Source: Trichoplax sp. H2 (taxonomy: Eukaryota). From it: a stretch of 64,000 nt of DNA. Positions 12,182 to 25,800 of the stretch are shown piece after piece. Position 1 is the first letter of the stretch; each line of letters starts with the position of its first letter. Both the position numbers and the translations under genes were made by a program. Under the pieces are notes generated by a model. That model saw only the letters and a program-made list of their open reading frames with translations. It was not told where the DNA came from and searched no databases. The stretch lies in NCBI GenBank assembly GCA_003344405.1, contig NOWV01000003.1, positions 1 to 64,000 of the forward strand, in the 5' to 3' direction.

Positions 12182-13700
12182 ACGCTCTACCACAGTACAA
12201 TAGCTCCTGACGGAGCTCTTCGTCTTTGATGATTTGCCTTCGTCAAATGGCTACTACCCTTAGAAAAAGCTAGATTATTTATTACCACACCTGCTGTCTG
12301 TCTTGTACTAAGTGGAAGCTAATTACAATCATATTTATATCTTAGCTGATTGGATGTTTTATAGTTGGTGTCAGCATCTATGCCAGAACTGAAAAAGGAT
12401 TTCAAGACGGTTTTGCTAGTTTAGCATATGATCCTGTTATGATCTTGTTAGTTGTTGGTGTCGTAATTTTCATTTTGGGCTTTTCTGGATGCGTTGGAGC
12501 CTTAAGAGAAAATACCTGTCTCCTTCGATTCGTAAGTTTATATGACACTGATTTTTTAAACATACATTTGATCATTGCAATCAGAGATTTAAATGATTAG
12601 GTCTTAAATTAACCGCATTCACTCGTACTTTAAATATAAGTTTGGAATCTTTTTGGGCCTGATCCTACTTGCAGAGGGTACGGTTGCTGTGTTGATATTT
12701 GTCTACCAAGCGCAGGTTTGCAGGAGAAGTAAAATTTATTCCCTAGGTGTCCACTAATACAACAGTGCCATTGTTTTCATTTGCGTATCGATTTGGCTAT
12801 TTCATATGGTTTTATATTCCAAAAATCTAAAATATATTAATTACCTGTAAGAAGTGTAACAACTAAGTACTAAGACACGTTTTCAATGTAATATAACCGA
12901 ATTTTAAGGTTAAGGCTTTTGTCGAAGATCAGTTACGAGGTGCAATTAAAAAATATCGAGATGATGTTGATCTACAGAACCTGATTGATTTTATTCAACG
13001 TCAGGTAAATTTATCGTGTCTTCTGTCTTTTAGAATAACTCATTTAATGCTCCTACATTTTGTAAATTTAAAATTCTAGTTTCGATGTTGCGGTGTGGTG
13101 GGATACAAAGACTGGGACGCTAATATTTACTTTAATTGCACAAAAAGCAATCCTAGTCGCGAAGCTTGTGGAGTACCATTTTCTTGTTGCAGAAATGTAC
13201 GTTAGGATCATCAGTTTTAAAGCAATGTCAATATTTGTTATGGGCAGTATTTCATATGTGATGATTTTTCATAAATGTAATTCCTTCACTAGTCAACCAT
13301 CAACACTCAATGTGGTTACGATGTGCGCAGTCAGGGGGTATGTTTTTGGTATTGGCTGTGGATTGTCTTCTTAACTGTAAATTCTAGATCTTACTTCTTT
13401 GATTTTATGTTTTAATATTGTTTATAGGCAAGCAACTCTGTCATAGATCGCATTTATACTACAGGGTGTGTTGATAACGTCGTGGCATTCCTGAAAGACA
13501 ACCTTTATGTTGTTGCTGGAGTTGCTATTGGAATCGGTGTAACGCAGGTGACGTATATAAATAGTAGTAAACTTTAAAATTAGTAATTATATTAAAATAA
13601 TACATCAGTAATCATTCCGTTCTATTGCCATTTTCAGCTACTGGCTATTATGTGTTCTTTCCGTCTCATAAACGATATTCAACGTCAAATGAATAAGTGA
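11829..13700 (+). CDS. Tetraspanin, TspanC8 subfamily (TSPAN5/17/14/33-like), 8 exons
   Basis: [33 protein letters not shown]...[31 protein letters not shown]...|...[71 protein letters not shown]|...IYTTGCVD...|[20 protein letters not shown]. Eight Cys in the large extracellular loop. TGA at 13698-13700. Confidence 0.93.
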
Positions 13701-16014
13701 ATAAGCCCGATTGTACCATGGATGTCTCATTTCAACGTAGATGTATTAATTGATGCCTATCTGCAGTATTTATAGCAGCAAATTCGTCATTCACGTTATA
13801 TTATCTCTAAATTCCTTATACTAAATTCCATGGTACATTTCTACTAATTTCGAATATGTATTACTGTTTATTCATGCCCTTTAAGCTTACGTTTATAATA
13901 GTGCTTTGTATAAAATCAAGGGTTACATAAGTTACTATTTTGGTAAGATTTCAGTACACGAACGAACGTTAAGAACTTTTTACCATAGGTCTATATATAT
14001 TATAATATAGGATTACTGGCTTAGTAACGATAAGAAGCCGACTTCAATAGACCTTCTAGCTCTTTAATTTTTCTAGTTTTACTGTATTTGTCCAAGTTAG
14101 CTTCTCTGCTCTGAGTTAAGTAATTGGATAATTATTTAACGCAAGCTCATGCGAACCTAATATTTCTAATCGTAGAATGTAATCATTCGTATATAACGTC
14201 TTGTTTATAATATAATGAATTAAATCGGATATACAACTAATGTAAGTTAAAATTGATAAGGTAGTGTGTAGCATAATTACGGGTTAGCCATTGTTAGACA
14301 TGATAAATGTCTAATTATATATACAATTATGATTACTATTGGAAGTTAATCATGGTACTAGTTTGACGATAATAGTCTTGTATCATACCAGTAATGGAAT
14401 CGCTCCAAGTTTAGCTAATGAGTAATCCGTTAAAGTTTGAAAATAAACTTTTTGGTAATGTCATGTCCTTGATAAATACGCGTATGACCAGAACTTGCAA
14501 TTAGGCACAAAATGCACGCATACCTAGTAGTTGCAAATATGAAGTATGCAAATACAGTATAAAGGCATGTATATGTATATACATATATATATACGTGAAC
14601 GTCGAAAAATTTAGATCTCTATTGATCTGGCATGTACGCATACAGTATACTCGTACATACATAATTACGTAATCGGCTATATGATTAATTTTTAATTATG
14701 AATAATGGTGTAATACAGACTACTGCTAATTCTTTCTTTATGATTCTTCGCATGTAGAGCATAATATTTTAAAGAGTAGGTACAGCATTAATCTATTACA
14801 AGACAGATGGTTCCTATATATACGCGCTCGTATATGTTGGTTGGATCTAAGACATCCGTAACGTATTTCGTACTGTAGATTTCTATCACTTATAAAGTTA
14901 TAGCTTTGTCGAGTCTATCATATTACAGGAAATAGAACACATAGGATTAATAGTAATAATTAGAATAGGAAGGTTAATCTTAAAAATTGATAACTACTAA
15001 CACTAAATTCTTCGAATCTCTTTAAGGAATACGGTAATTCCGATAGTATTAGTATTAGCGTGCGATAAGAAATAGTTATATATATATTGCTAAAAGTTCG
15101 ATATAATCGTTTCAAACAGGTATAGTTATGCACAAATAAAGAATTCATTTTGCTGCCTTGAAACTAGCATTACCCGGTGTTAGAATTACCGTTCAATTAA
15201 GTGAGGACAAACACAGGTATATTCCCCTTCTACTCGGATTTCATGATCTAATTTCAGTGTCAAAATTGTAGGTAACACTTAGAATACATACAATAAACTA
15301 TAATTGTGTATAGCCCACTTATGATCGAGTGTACAGGTATATATACAAATCTACCGCTATTTCTACTTTATTCGTTTATTCAAACAGTTACTATCAAGCA
15401 TACATATCTCAGTAAATCGGAAACAAGGCATTCATTGAAAAGATTCCAAGCATTAATTCTTTATGTACATTACTTTAAAAACGGGGATTAATACAATATC
15501 GCTAATGAAAGCTAAAGAACAGTCTTAATGTTAAGGCCCTTTAGAGATCAATTGTAAACGTGGTTAAATACCACCTATTCCAATATATCCCCTCCATATA
15601 AAATTACACTTAAATTGTTACAGTATCTGTCTAGAAGCTCAGAATTTCACAATGTCAGTGTTTAACGAACGACGCAAGCTAAGCTTCATGAGAGCAAAGT
15701 TACAACGTGGCTCGCTATACAAAGCTGACAATATCCTTAATACTTAAGTAGTTGTACAAAAGATTTTCCTATTACGCAAGTACGAAGACATAATTATCAT
15801 ACAAATCTCCCATTATACTATCAGGCGGCTGACTTAAATCAAAGGCAACGTTTTAGTGTATTACATACGCGGTAAGTTTCAATATCTAATTTTTAATGAA
15901 CCAAAGCAAAAGATCTCACTGATTGGAATTTTACAACTCTGATTATAGTATGCAAAATTGTAGCGTGGTATTCTTCCAATTTAAATACACAACTCTAATG
16001 ATAACAAAAAATGT

Positions 16015-19000
16015 TTAAGTGCTGTCGTCATCGTCGCTAGGAACTACCGCTTGACTGAGAATTCGGCGTTTCTTGTTGTTCACTAAAATATATCCAAGTA
16101 TTAATTGTCAATTACAGCATTACAAGTAATAAACTTTTATTTTTATTCACTGAGCTAACTAACCCAGTTCCGTCTCAACTTGTTTCCTCTTAGTAAATTC
16201 ATCATCCGATTCCGAACTAGCCTATAAAGATATTTTAGTCCAAATGCTATCTCTACTAGAAAATCTACAAATATTGACCACGATATGATACATTTAAATG
16301 CTTTCCAGCATAACTTACCGATTTCCTTACACTCCTTGAAGAAAGCACATTAGTTTCCTCTTCACTAACTTCAAAATCGTCTACACTATCTAAAATGGGC
16401 ATAAACTCTAGCAATTATTACACGTAAAATCTGCTAGTATACTACTGCTTTAAAGCCTAATTACCATTAAAGCCGGGTTCCACATATTGCTGAAATTTAA
16501 GAGAAGAAACATATATTCAATAGCATCTATTCACTAACATCATTAAAATTGTAGGGCGGATTTAATTACATTTTGCTTGATCATTTCTAGATAATTTGGA
16601 GTTAAATTAGTGTGGCTACGTTCGCGAATTCTTCGTTGCTGATTCTCTCGCCTTATAGAGGCTCTCAGCTTTTCTTCTTCTTTCTGAATTAAAAACATTA
16701 ATAAATTTTTGCCAAAAGTGAAGTCTGTTGCTGTAATATGACATTTAACCTTAATCATTTCATGTCTGCGGTATTCAGGATTTTTTTCAATAGCGGGGAG
16801 AATGCAGATTTTCTTTAATTAAAGTAACACCGAGTTAATAAAAGACTATTAAACTTGATTATAATAGGAGTAGTTCATACTTGAGCTTTCGAACATTTAT
16901 CAGCAATAGACAAAGTCATTTTACGATGAGTTTGACTCTCAGTTGAATGTGGCCTATAAAGTAAAAATAATAATTCTAACGTCATACACGCGCAGTATAT
17001 CAAATGTTGTGCAGTAGAATTGTATATTTAAAAGCTTGCAGAACTCACCTTATAGATATCCTAGATTTCAGTACTACTTTTCCTTGTAATCCATTCACTA
17101 TTCGTAAAGAGAATAGCACATTATACTGTAGTATCATATCCAAGAAAATTTATTAATTTCTAACCATAACCGATTTTCTTACATTCTCTTGTGAATAGAT
17201 GCTGATTGCAGTTATCGATATCCGATCGAAAAATGTCAAAGATCTCTGAACCCAAATGCAGCGTCATACTGAAATGGACATCACAATATTTGAGGGGAAA
17301 TTGCGATGATATGTAAGACAAATCACACAATTTGCTTTTTTTGCCATACTACAACAACACTGCGCTGCATAAATGTAGAGTCCTTACAGCAGCAGTGACA
17401 TATAAACCATACCTTCCATCAGACCATTCTACTATTTTCGCATTGCTCTCTTCCTCAAATGAATCACCTTTATTTAATTTTCTCCACCTGATAGTATTTT
17501 CCATCTAAGTGTTAAAATTTCATTCGTTACGCAACTGTATTTGATAGTAATTTACGTACTAATAGTGATTGATGACATCGATAACAAGGTTTTCGTAGAC
17601 TCATTAAGTACAAGTTTTAGCACGGAAGGATTATCCGTACATGATAAAAAGCATATTGCCCACAATGCTGTCACACACTTGTGAGTAAAGATGCTGTAGT
17701 GATTCAAAATACTGCCTGATTAGGCTCATGCAAGCCGTAAATACTAAGAGTACCCGTAATTTCAAACGAGCGCGGCCTTCTTCATCAAGCACTTCATCAT
17801 CACTGAATTCATCTTCGTAATTGATAGAATTGAATGGTCTACATTCAAGAGTATTGGTTAAACTCATAGCATTTACTATTCTACGGAAGTCATAACATAG
17901 CTATAAACTTCGAAAGGTTTCACAGTTACGCTGACGTACTGCCTAATATCTTACTTAGGTTCAACACTTAAAAAGTTTGGAAGTCTAATGATGAACAGAT
18001 CAGATCCCAGGCGCGTTTGGTTTTCCGGCATATTAATATTTACATAACAATTACTTTGTATCTCATTCTTGTACGCGCATCAGGCCACCAAACGTATATG
18101 ATCCAACAAAATAAAATAAGATAGAATAAAATGTTTAGCTTTCATTTTAGATATACAATAACCCATAGATGTAGTGCAAACGAGCCACCACGCCAATCAC
18201 GAAATAGAGCATATCTACGTATATTTCATCCTATTGAGTATCATCCTCATAAAAACCTTGGAATCGTCTTCTGAGCTGGCTCTACAAATGGAAGTAAGTA
18301 ACACGGATATAGTACAGTACTATTATTACATATTACTGTATTCAAAGTTAATGATAGTACAGTAAGGTAATAGTAACTACAATATTGCTAACTTACACTA
18401 CCCCAATAACGATTACTCCCTAAATACGGTACTTACGTATCAGAATCGATATTGCCGAATAGCTGTTCTTCCACTACAATTAATAGAGGACAAGTGCAGG
18501 AAAAACCTTAGCACGTACGCGTGCATATGAAGTGCTGAGTATTACCCCTATCATATTTTATGCTTACAAACATCATCTTCACAGCTGGAAAGCTTGACCT
18601 AAAAAAGTTTATGTAACAAGAGCATCAATTTACAAAACGCTATTAAGATTTTAGAAACTTGTTACTGTACGGATACGTCCTATATATATTATATATTACA
18701 GTACCGGTTATGCATTCGTGTAACGATAGTAACATTTATCTGCTTTTTAAAATTACTGCGGTACCACAACGGTACATTTATCCCGTAGTGATTTATTCTA
18801 TAGGTAACTTTCCCATACAATACGGAAAATAACACTCATACTACATTACAAGCCCAGAGTACAGCTAACCTTCTCAAAATCGACATCGCTATCTCTGTCT
18901 TCTTCACTTTATTCGAATGTCGTAATTGTAGCATTAGAATTAAGAATTAACAAGTACCGTATGTAGAATATCAACATTGTACAGCATTGTGTGAAAATGA

Positions 19001-19107
19001 AAAATACGAGTACTGTAATAGCTAACAAATTATACTAGTTCGACTACAATCAGTAAGTACATTATGTGTACTAACGATAAACTAAATAGTTCCTCAATTT
19101 TCTCCAT
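16015..19107 (-). CDS. LEO1: RNA polymerase-associated protein LEO1 (PAF1 complex)
   Basis: Exons give [54 protein letters not shown]...[24 protein letters not shown]...|[19 protein letters not shown]...|[21 protein letters not shown]. Probable ATG at 19107 (MEKIEELF). TAA at 16015-16017. Confidence 0.92.
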
Positions 19108-19403
19108 TGAATTCCGATACGTTACTCCAGAGCGTTAAAATAACTTTCCCAATTACAGTGCACTAACAGTAAATTGAAGATGTTAAGTGAGGGGAAGAAA
19201 AAGTGAAAAGCAAGTGACAGACGATATACTGTACTTTAAGTTAATAGGTTACCAATGTACAGTATAGTACTTACGATGGACTGATGCTGTATACTGTACA
19301 CTGTACAGTATGTCTGTTAACATTCTGTATCAATCAATCTATCTACCTGCAGCATGATTGCACACGTTTTATATATGAAATATTAGCCTAATAGTTTAGG
19401 TTG

Positions 19404-19476
19404 GCCTCTGTAGCTCAGTGGTTAGAGCACTGGTCTTGTAAACCAGGGGTCGAGAGTTCAATCCTCTCCAGGGGCT
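19404..19476 (+). tRNA. tRNA-Thr(TGT)
   Basis: GCCTCTG/CAGGGGC acceptor stem, D-arm TAGCTCAGTGGTTAGAGC, anticodon arm CTGGT-CTTGTAA-ACCAG, T-loop GTTCAAT, followed by a T-run Pol III terminator. Confidence 0.95.
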
Positions 19477-20261
19477 TTTTCTTCCTTTTTTTAAAAAGCC
19501 TACTTACTATAAATGTTAAGGTATGGCTTAAATACGCTAAAGGACTTAAGACTAAATAGAATTACTGTNNNNNNNNNNNNNNNNNNNNCTAACCTTCTCA
19601 AAATCGACATCGCTATCTCTGTCTTCTTCACTTTATTCGAATGTCGTAATTGTAGCATTAGAATTAAGAATTAACAAGTACCGTATGTAGAATATCAACA
19701 TTGTACAGCATTGTGTGAAAATGAAAAATACGAGTACTGTAATAGCTAACAAATTATACTAGTTCGACTACAATCAGTAAGTACATTATGTGTACTAACG
19801 ATAAACTAAATAGTTCCTCAATTTTCTCCATTGAATTCCGATACGTTACTCCAGAGCGTTAAATTAACTTTCCCAATTACAGTGCACTAACAGTAAATTG
19901 AAGATGTTAAGAGAGGGGAAGAAAAAGTGAAAAGCAAGTGACAGACGATATACTGTACTGTACTTTAAGTTAATAGGTTACCAATGTACAGTACAGTACT
20001 TACGATGGACTGATGCTGTATACTGTACACTGTACACTGTACAGCAGGATATCCTGTACGGTACTGTACTGTACAGTACTGTACAACTCTTTTTTCCTTT
20101 TATACTGTACTGTACAGTACAGTACGCTGTACTATACACTGTACACTGTACAGTACGGTACTGTATGTCTGTTAACGTTCTGTATCAATCAATCTATGAT
20201 CTACCTGCAGCATGATTGCACACGTTTTATATATGAAATATTAGCCTAATACTTTAGGTTG

Positions 20262-20334
20262 GCCTCTGTAGCTCAGTGGTTAGAGCACTGGTCTTGTAAA
20301 CCAGGGGTCGAGAGTTCAATCCTCTCCAGGGGCT
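20262..20334 (+). tRNA. tRNA-Thr(TGT), copy 2 (probably the same locus duplicated in assembly)
   Basis: Identical to 19404-19476. Confidence 0.9.
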
Positions 20335-20629
20335 TTTTCTTCCTTTTTTTAAAAAGCCTACTTACTATAAATGTTAAGGTATGGCTTAAATACGCTAAAG
20401 GATTTAAGACTAAATAGAATTACTGTACTGTACAGTACTGTACATTATCATTTCATTTTGAAAATTATAGTATGTAAGCATCACAATTTCTTTTAGTCAT
20501 TCAAAACTGACCAATTCTTTAAATTGTCCTCTTTAGAGGTCTCCGGTAAAAGAATGCAAAAGAAAAAAGGCCTGTCCGCCCGACTAGCGTCCGATGATTT
20601 TCTGAAATGATTGCCATGACTACATAGCA

Positions 20630-21110
20630 TCTCTATTGTAAATGTACAGTATAATGTACTGTATAATGTACACTTTGTACAGTACAGTACAGTGACTACT
20701 GATTCACAGTACAGTACTGTACTGTACAGTATACTTACTATACTGTACTGTACTGTACAGTATACTTACTATACTGTACTGTACAGTATACTTACTATAC
20801 TGTACTGTACTGTACTGTACAGTAGGAGAGCACTCGTTTCTCCATAGAAATAAATACTGTACTGTACAGTACTGTAAATAAATAAATGTACTGTACTGTA
20901 CAGTACTATACAGTACAACCGAACCTTTCTCGGGTCTACAGTAAGTACAGTACAGTACAGTTACGGTCGTGTCAAAACTTTGAATACTGTACTGTACACT
21001 GTACAGTACACTGTACGTACAGTATACTGTACTGTACAGTACTGTAGTTCTAAAAATACGCAGACCATAAACTACTGTACTGTACAGTACTGTACAGTAC
21101 AGTATCCACA
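20630..21110. repeat. Very dense TA(CAG/CTG)TA stack between LEO1/tRNA and ZFAND4 (allelic version at ~21670-21990)
   Basis: Long runs of TACAG and TACTG units in mixed orientation, which produce the spurious YCTV/YSTV-rich ORFs. Confidence 0.85.
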
Positions 21111-21289
21111 AACAATAAAGTTTTGTACCACATACTGCCCAGTCACTCGTCTGTCAGTGAACCACTAATATCGTCATTGCATTTGTTAGTAATAATATTT
21201 TCACGAAACATTTCCTTTAGTGGGCCCATACTCTGAATAAATTCATTGAATGTTCATCGCNNNNNNNNNNNNNNNNNNNNTTTAGGTTG

Positions 21290-21362
21290 GCCTCTGTAGC
21301 TCAGTGGTTAGAGCACTGGTCTTGTAAACCAGGGGTCGAGAGTTCAATCCTCTCCAGGGGCT
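21290..21362 (+). tRNA. tRNA-Thr(TGT), copy 3 (probably the same locus duplicated in assembly)
   Basis: Identical to 19404-19476. Confidence 0.9.
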
Positions 21363-22887
21363 TTTTCTTCCTTTTTTTAAAAAGCCTACTTACTATAAAT
21401 GTTAAGGTATGGCTTAAATACGCTAAAGGACTTAAGACTAAATAGAATTACTGTACTGTACATTATCATTTCATTTTGAAAATTATAGTATGTAAGCATC
21501 ACAATTTCTTTTAGTCATTCAAAACTGACCAATTCGTAACAGCAGGGACTTTAAATTGTCCTCTTTTAGAGGTCTCCGGTAAAAGAATGCAAAAGAAAAA
21601 AGCCTGTCCGCCCGACTAGCGTCCGATGATTTTCTGAAATGATTGCCATGACTACATAGCATCGCTATTGTACAGTATAATGTACTGTACACTTTGTACA
21701 GTACTGTACTGTACTGTACAGTACAGTGACTACTGATTCACAGTACAGTACTGTACTGTACTGTAGGAGAGCACTCGTTTCTCCATAGAAATAAATACTG
21801 TACTGTACTGTACTGTAAATAAATAAATGTACAGTATAGTACAGTTACGGTCGTGTCAAAACTTTGAATACTGTACCGTATACTGTACTGTACGTCTGTA
21901 CTGTACTGTACAGTGCAGTAGTTCTAAAAATACGCAGATCATAAACTACAGTACTGTACAGTACAGTGTACAGTACAGTACAGTATCCACAAACAGTAAA
22001 GTTTTGTACCACATACTGCCCAGTCACTCGTCTGTCAGTGAACTACTAATATCGTCATTGCATTTGTTAGTAATAATATTTTCACGAAACATTTCCTTTA
22101 GTGGGCCCATACTCTGAATAAATTCATTGAATGTTCATCGCAAAGCAGAAGAACACGTACAATATTGTGAAAATTTTTATGCATAATCTAGTCTGATGTG
22201 CAATATTAAAGTACTGAAGCGTCACAATAAACCGCTGTAATTCAGTGGTGTGTTTACCGGTCATTAAATTAGGAAGGCTGACGATTTTAAAAGCAAGTTG
22301 TGTGGCCGTTTGGCTTGACGGCGCGGTAAGTCTACCAAATTGTACTTTTAAAACAAATAGCGCTACTCTATTCATAAAATCAGTTAGTTATCTATAAAAC
22401 GTCATGGCACATAATGATTTAATAAGATTGCTGTAAAGGTGCTAAAATATGGTTTCATCACGATATACATTTTGCCGTCTCTCGAATGGAGGGAGATGTC
22501 CTTTATAATTGCTGTTTGACAGTGGTATACGTACCCGCATAGTTCATCTGATAAAACGTCATGAATTCATGATGTTAATGATTTTAATTGAACACCAAGT
22601 CAGTTAATTGGACTGTAACAGTTAGTTATTCGTACTGTGCATGTGCTATGATAATGATGCTAGTGAAACTTCAGCAGATTTAGTTGCAAATGCGTATACT
22701 TGTATACTGTACTATGATGATCTGAATAAAACTATCCAGTAGACTGAATTACTACATATTGTATATGTTATACCTCTACGTCGTCTACTGTATATACTCG
22801 TATACAGTACTGTATCGCAGTTGATGCGGTCAGTGCCACAGATTACTTTGTGCCTTGGTCGAACGTGGATGGTTGCGGAAACGAGCT

Positions 22888-25800
22888 ATGGAATTATACG
22901 TAGAAACGTTAACTGGAATTGCATTTGAATTACGGGTCAGCCCGTATGAAACTATTATAGATGTCAAAGCTAAAATTCAGAAATTTGAAGGTGAGAACTA
23001 TATGAGCTTTTCGGTTATTAACCTGTGTTGATAATCTTATGTCTAATACCTGCATAGATTTTGATGAAACATTAACACTCGCAAAAATATGTGTAATTAT
23101 AATAGTTGCGTCTTAGTTGATCCTCATATGGTAGGTACTGCATACTATATTATGATGGGTAACGTACTGACAAATATAAGCTTTACTGCAGGTTATATTG
23201 TAGTAACTAATTTGTTTGCAAGGGGATATTTATTTTCAGATAGTAATTGCTATTATTCAAAAATGGACGTTACAGTAATCACGAGGTAGCCTTTGATTTT
23301 TGACGTGGACTAAATCATGGTTAAACTTACAGAATAGGCATCGGGAATTAAATCTTCAGAGCGGTTTCTTTTACACTCACGTTAAAAATACACACTTGAC
23401 TAAACAAGATGCGTTAAATTAGAGTGTTCATGATGTTAGTGTATACCGTAGTAGTTTCTAGTTCGTATACAGTTTGATACCCGAAGGACTTGGGAAAAGT
23501 GAGCGTTTTAAAATATTCTATTACGCTAGTCAACAACTATTACAGTACTGCCAACCGAACCTACTCCAGCAGTCGCTCGTGATACACTTCTGATGGAGAA
23601 ATTAAGATTTTTCTTGTACCTCACCTTTATGCCGCTGTAAGAGAGTATTACAGAACTCTGTAATCTACTGTGCTCTGAACTAAAAACTTAGTTATTACAA
23701 TTAGAGGATTTTACGTAAATTATGATTGTAATAATTATGGTTATCCGAATATTATCAGAACTACGTTGCGTACTTGGACTGCAGTAATTACCGTAGTTGG
23801 GCTACCTAAATATAAATGCACTGTTTTACTGGAGAAAAATGACTGTCGTAACATTTTATGAGAGCTATACACTTCAGTATAATACAATACTGTATTCATG
23901 AGGATGCAGAGACTTTAAAGCGGTATACACTGTCATAGAATCGGCAGCACATATTATTACTCTACTGTATGTAAATTGTAAAGTATAAAAATGCACTGTA
24001 CCTAAGTACTAAGTAAATACCGTGCTGTACTCTGCATTTTATTTTATAGCACACTAGTTTGTATCATGATAGAGTCCCTTTTAATGATTCGATAACTATT
24101 TAATTGCGAATTTCATACCCTTTACGATCGACTTTAGGTATTCCTATATCACAGCAGCACCTGTTATGGAAATCCATTGAGCTTGAAGATGACTATTGTT
24201 TGATAGACTACAGGTTCGAACTTGATTGTTAAAAAACTCGGTTTGAATAAGCAGCATCACACCATTATATTACTATAGTATATTATACAATATTCTTGCA
24301 ATATCTAAGTTCAGCTTGTATGTTGTAACTGAAGACTACTCATAATTATATGAGCGGATGCTAATAATTTAAATATTGTAAATATATGTATATAATATAT
24401 AATAGATACTTTTCATTGCTACTGTATATGCAATTTAGGATTACCAACGGGAGTACATTACAGTTAGTATTATCTATGCGATGTGGGCCAATTAATACGA
24501 AAAGAGGTACAAATATACTAAGCACATACCTTTAGGGATAAGGAATAGCCATTTTGTATTGGAAATTGGCGTAGCGTTAGCATTAAATACAGTGCATAAA
24601 TTTCAACAGTAACTATGTGAACAATTCAATTGAATTGAACTAAATTTAAGTAAATTAAATTTAATTGATTACTTCAAGTGCCACATGAGGAATGCTCTTC
24701 CGAAGTTTCTGAATATATCGATCTGAATAAGTAAATATTTACTATCCTGAAAAGCAATTATCATCAGTTATGTCTTTATGTTTTCACAGACTATTACTAA
24801 CCATTGGGTACCTTTTATATTAATAGTAAGGACGCACTATTAAAAAAGTTACCTTTAACCGATAAGCCTGTTACATATTTAGTTTTCAGGTGTGTAATAA
24901 TATTGTTAATTACAGTTAAAAATGTAATAAATATACGGAGACAGTACTCAATACGACCGTGAATGATATCTAAGGCGTACCTTTTACTAATGAAATAGAG
25001 ACGGCAACAGGCTTAATCTATATCGATTATTTCGTGATGAATCAAGTAGCAATGAAACTTTTAGGTATGTTGATGCCTCCAATGATTTGGCGAAAAGGCC
25101 GTTATAATGACTTATTTAGTTATTTGCTGACATTAGTATTCATATAAATTAACACTGTTGAAGGTTTGGTTCAATTCATCTGTTTTTAAATTTTCTTAGC
25201 AAAAAATCGGCGCATGGCCAGGGTCTTGGCAACAAGCATGGTAGCGTTCCAGTAACGGTAAACTGATTAAAAGAATTTTGAAAGTTACCAATAAATGTCA
25301 ATAACTGCTTTGCTGAAAATATCTTAGGATTCTGTTAGCGAAAATGAAAAAACTATGAAAAAGATGCAGGCATTAAAAGAAAAATTATCGTCACGAATAA
25401 ATCGTAATAACATAACTTCTACACAACACCAAGTCTCACATGAAGTAGCTGATAATGATAGAAAGTAAGTTGCTATTAACATTGTGCGTGATATATTTGA
25501 GCATATGTGAATATGCAATAGACGTCCTTATTAATGAATAGCCTTACCTCAGCTTTCTGCGCAATTAAATACGAGTAAAATAGTAAATTGTACTTGTCTT
25601 AGTCAGTTACTCGTGAATGGATTGAGATAATTTTTGTCTAACGAATGTTAAAGAAATATTATGCTGGTCTACTCTAGAGTGAAAGCAAAAATAATTATGT
25701 GATCACTTATAAATTACTTTTAGATCGTTTTCAAACGAGCTTTCTCTTACCAAGCAAACGAAATTTACCAGCTTGCCACCAGTTCTAAGGACGGAAAAGG

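Larger units (their letters stand above)
18865..20426. repeat. Duplication pair 18865-19568 / 19589-20426 around the N-gap at 19569-19588 (probable haplotype overlap)
   Basis: Both copies start CTAACCTTCTCAAAATCG and end TAGAATTACTGT. Both contain LEO1 exons 1-2 and tRNA-Thr. Confidence 0.9.
20253..22141. repeat. Duplication pair 20253-21260 / 21281-22141 around the N-gap at 21261-21280 (probable haplotype overlap)
   Basis: Both copies start TTTAGGTTGGCCTCTG and end GAATGTTCATCGC. They differ mostly in pentamer-stack lengths. Confidence 0.9.

Noticed and set aside
20704..21168. YCTV/YSTV/VQYS-rich ORFs (also 8483-8930, 10842-11769, 20013-20249, 21827-22117, 28555-28740, 39766-40029)
   Set aside because: They are translations of the stop-poor pentamer stacks, and the frames are not preserved between haplotype copies.
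19404..21362. Three-gene tRNA-Thr cluster
   Set aside because: All copies lie in gap-flanking duplications with identical flanks, so one locus is the simpler reading.
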